In this document: positions 61,229-64,000 of the stretch, piece after piece
How the letters are laid out: each line of letters begins with the position of its first letter
Numbering within the stretch: position 1 is the first letter of the stretch
Source: an uncultured Gemmatimonadales bacterium
Lineage (GTDB): Bacteria > Gemmatimonadota > Gemmatimonadetes > Gemmatimonadales > GWC2-71-9
Length of the DNA stretch: 64,000 nt
NCBI GenBank assembly: GCA_963825055.1
Contig: CAWGSK010000013.1
Span: 96,001-160,000 of the forward strand
Direction of reading: 5' to 3'
The notes under the pieces: model-generated
The model's input: only the letters and a program-made list of their open reading frames with translations
The model's database searches: none
What the model was told of the DNA's origin: nothing
Made by a program: the position numbers and the translations under genes

Positions 61229-63013
61229 GTGCTCGACTACCTCTACCTGGCCGCCGTCCTGGCGATGGCGATCTGGCTCTTCTGGACCCGACGGATCCGG
61301 CCGGACATGACCGCGGTCATGGTCATGCTGCTTCTGGTGGTGCCCTGGCCGCACCCGGGCGGGTGGCGCGCCGTCCTCCCGCCCGAGAAGGGATTTGCGG
61401 GATTTGGCAGCGCCGCGGTGCTCATGATCGCGGGGATGTTCATCCTGGGGCGGTCCCTGGTCCGGACGGGCGCGGCAGAGGCGATCGGGCTCCGGATTCT
61501 CCGGGCCGTCTCCGGGCACGAGTGGCTGCTCCAGCTCGCCGTGCTGGTCCTGGCGACCTTCGCGTCGATGTTCATCAACGACACGACGGTCGTCCTGATC
61601 CTCCTGCCGCTCATCGCGGGCATCTGCCGCGAAAAGAATCTCTCCCCGTCGCGCTACCTCCTCTTCGCGGCGTATGGTTCGCTCCTCGGCGGGCAGTGGA
61701 CCCTGATCGGCACCCGCAGCAACATCCTGATCAGCGACTTCCTCAGAAACCACACCGGCCACGGTATCGGGTTCTTCGCCTTCACCCCGCTTGCGGCCGC
61801 CGTGTTCGCAGGGTCAGCGGTGTTCCTCATGCTCGTGGGCCGGCATCTCCTTCCGGATCACCGCCCTTCCCTCCCCCACGACCTGATGAAGGAGTTCCTG
61901 ACCGAAGTGGACGTACCGGAGGAATCCGGCGCCATCGGTCAGCGGCCGGGCGCGGTGGACGCCCTCACCGCCGAGGGGGTAGCTGTCGTGGCCCACCTGC
62001 GGGACGGCCGGCCGGTGCCCGACTGGAGCCTCCTCGCCGCCGGGGACGTCCTCCTGGTGCGCGGGACGGTGGAAAACATCGGCGGGCTTATCAAGTCGTC
62101 GGATTTCCGCGTGGTGGAGGAATCGACGCTGGACGATACCGCCCTCGAGAGCGTGGACCTGGTCACCGTCGAGGCCGTGGTCCCGGTCAATTCGCCCTTC
62201 GTGGGGCTGACGCTCGAACGGGCCTCGCGTCGGGGTCGGTTCGGGATCCCGGTGGTCGGCCTCGCGCGACACGGGCACCCGGTCGGGACCCGGATCATGG
62301 ACAGCGTGCTGGAGGGAGGCGATTCGATCCTGCTGCTCGGGTCCGCGGCCGACGTGGCGCTGCTCCGGGAGCGGCCCGGGCTCCTGGTCCTCCAGGACCG
62401 GGACTTCCCCGCCCTTGGGCGGCGGAAAGCGTGGACGACGGCCGCGCTCCTGGCCGGCGTGGTGGCCCTCGCGGTAAGCGGTCTCCTGGCGCCCAGCATT
62501 TCCATACCGATTGCCGCGATGCTCGCGATTCTCCTGGGCAGTATTACTTGGCGGGGCGCGTACGAGTCGATCGACTGGCCGACCCTCGTCACACTGGGCG
62601 CCATGATCTCGTTCGGCACCGCCCTCGAGGAGTCCGGCGCCGCCACCGCCATCGCCGACCTCGCCGTGCGGTACGTCTCGGGTGGCGGCGCGGTGATCCT
62701 GCTGGCGGGGCTCCTGCTCGTCGCGATTCTGTTCACCCAGGTCATCGAGAACGCCGCGGTGGCGATCATCATGGCCCCGATCGCATGGCAGGTAGCGCAG
62801 GCCACCGGTCTCAACCCGCGCCCCGTCATGGTGGCGCTCGCGGTCTGCATCTCGGCGGGTTTCAGTACTCCCGTGGCACACGAGAGCACCATTCTGGTAC
62901 TCGGCCCCGGTCAGTACGAGTTCCGGCACTACCTGCTGATCGGCGGCGCGCTGACTGTGATCACCTGGGTGACGGTCACGCTGCTGACGCCGGTGCTGCT
63001 GGGGCTGAGGTAG
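61229..63013 (+). CDS. SLC13/DASS family permease with TrkA-C (RCK_C) domains
   Basis: SMFINDT, GGQWTLIGTRSNI, central soluble domains, GPGQYEF..Y..IG. Confidence 0.9.
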   Translation: MLDYLYLAAVLAMAIWLFWTRRIRPDMTAVMVMLLLVVPWPHPGGWRAVLPPEKGFAGFGSAAVLMIAGMFILGRSLVRTGAAEAIGLRILRAVSGHEWLLQLAVLVLATFASMFINDTTVVLILLPLIAGICREKNLSPSRYLLFAAYGSLLGGQWTLIGTRSNILISDFLRNHTGHGIGFFAFTPLAAAVFAGSAVFLMLVGRHLLPDHRPSLPHDLMKEFLTEVDVPEESGAIGQRPGAVDALTAEGVAVVAHLRDGRPVPDWSLLAAGDVLLVRGTVENIGGLIKSSDFRVVEESTLDDTALESVDLVTVEAVVPVNSPFVGLTLERASRRGRFGIPVVGLARHGHPVGTRIMDSVLEGGDSILLLGSAADVALLRERPGLLVLQDRDFPALGRRKAWTTAALLAGVVALAVSGLLAPSISIPIAAMLAILLGSITWRGAYESIDWPTLVTLGAMISFGTALEESGAATAIADLAVRYVSGGGAVILLAGLLLVAILFTQVIENAAVAIIMAPIAWQVAQATGLNPRPVMVALAVCISAGFSTPVAHESTILVLGPGQYEFRHYLLIGGALTVITWVTVTLLTPVLLGLR

Positions 63014-63014
63014 C

Positions 63015-63234
63015 GGCGGACAGGGCGGACAGGGCGGACGGGCGGACGGGCGGACGGGCGGACGGAACGTAACGACTCAACCACTCAACGACTCAACGCT
63101 TGTACTTATCGACCTTGCCGCCTATTGATTCGCCTCGACCTCTCGACCTCTCGACCTCTCGACCTCTCGACCTCCGACCTCTCGACCTCTCGATCCCCGA
63201 TACCCAATCCCCGATCCCCGATCCCCGATCCCCG
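63015..63234 (+). repeat. Composite tandem tracts (GGCGGACAG/GGCGGACG)n, (AACGACTC)n, (CTCGACCT)n, (CCCCGAT)n
   Basis: Approximately 63015-63064, 63071-63098, 63134-63192 and 63193-63234. Confidence 0.9.
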
Positions 63235-63243
63235 GCCCCTCCC

Positions 63244-63735
63244 ATGCCAGACAAAACCCGACTCCTCGCCGAATTCGATCAGGAAATGAAGTACACCCGC
63301 AAGGTCCTCGAGCGCGTGCCCGAGGGCAAAGGCGAGTGGAAACCCCATCCCAAGTCCTTCTCCCTGGGCCACCTCGCCCAGCTCGTCTCCTGGATGCCCG
63401 GCTGGATCGGCCAGGCGCTCAGGAACACCTCGCTGGACCTGGCCAAGGCCGGCGGGTACTCCCAGGAGCTGCCCGCCACCCTGCTCGCCGGCTTCGAGAA
63501 GGGCGCGAAGGAATCACGCGAGGCCATCGAGCAGGCAATGGACGACGACTGGGAATCCACCTGGTCCCTCACGAAGGGGGATACCACCTTCATGAGCATG
63601 CCAAGGATCGACGTCGTCCGGATGCACCTCAACCACCTGGTCCACCACCGGGCCCAGCTCGGCGTGTACCTGCGGCTGCTGGACGTACCGGTGCCGGCGA
63701 TGTACGGCCCGTCAGCGGACGAAGGCTGGACCTGA
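63244..63735 (+). CDS. DinB family protein
   Basis: TRKVLERVP..WKPHPKS.SLG.LA, NHLVHHRAQLGVYLRLLDVPVPAMYGPSADE. Confidence 0.92.
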   Translation: MPDKTRLLAEFDQEMKYTRKVLERVPEGKGEWKPHPKSFSLGHLAQLVSWMPGWIGQALRNTSLDLAKAGGYSQELPATLLAGFEKGAKESREAIEQAMDDDWESTWSLTKGDTTFMSMPRIDVVRMHLNHLVHHRAQLGVYLRLLDVPVPAMYGPSADEGWT

Positions 63736-63822
63736 GCAACGCTCCCGCGCGTGTGCGTGTCCGACAGAGTTGGGACGTTCTGACCCTGACGGCAACCCAC
63801 CCTTCGCGCACGGGAGTCGACC

Positions 63823-64000
63823 ATGACGGCACGCGCACGCGCCGGCGGCATCTACCTGGCGGCCAATGCCCTCCTCACCCTCGTCATCCTCACGTCGGCG
63901 TTCCTGGGCAGGCGGCGGGAACGGTTCGAGGAAATTGATGTCGAGCGGATCAATATCGTCGAGAAGAACGGCCAGCTCCGGATGGTCATCGCCAACCGCG
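63823..64000 (+). CDS. Hypothetical protein (5' partial)
   Basis: GGAG RBS, N-terminal TM, FEEIDVERINIVEKNGQLRMVIAN. Runs off the window. Confidence 0.7.
   Translation, partial: MTARARAGGIYLAANALLTLVILTSAFLGRRRERFEEIDVERINIVEKNGQLRMVIANR

Overview
GC-rich bacterial chromosome segment. Gene content and order are most consistent with Gemmatimonadota (inference). Many single-base frameshifts, including in housekeeping genes, look like long-read assembly errors. 1-30.5 kb is core genome: moaA/E/D, HU, carA, secG, tpiA-pgk-gap, comF, aroE, a low-molecular-weight phosphatase, tsaC, ispD, radA, dnaB, UDG, coaBC, rpoZ, gmk, yicC, a four-helix-bundle gene, a plug-domain OM protein, pepA, an ECF sigma/CBM48 operon, divergent ligD/ku, an M20 peptidase and TMEM175. 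30562-53956 is a ~23.4 kb genomic island integrated in tRNA-Leu(CAA), with a 58-bp att repeat and a tyrosine integrase. It carries two signal-peptide-bearing RHS/YD proteins with different C-termini and candidate immunity genes. Each RHS gene is preceded by a sigma54 -24/-12 element and a GTCTCA-N8-TGAGAC palindrome. The island also has a sigma54 activator with no sensory domain, a 5'-truncated type II secretion operon (gspK-L-M-C-D), an IS1-like remnant and a DUF262/DUF1524 (GmrSD-like) gene. After the tRNA come ppa, an SLT transglycosylase, nfeD-floA-yqfB-like genes, a lipoprotein, an SLC13 permease and DinB. Many intergenic gaps hold 7-8-mer tandem tracts in inward-facing polarity, and one inverted pair brackets the four-helix-bundle gene. 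The best candidate new systems are (1) a mobile, sigma54-controlled T2SS-RHS polymorphic toxin module and (2) the repeat-bracketed four-helix-bundle cassette with its apparent empty versions.
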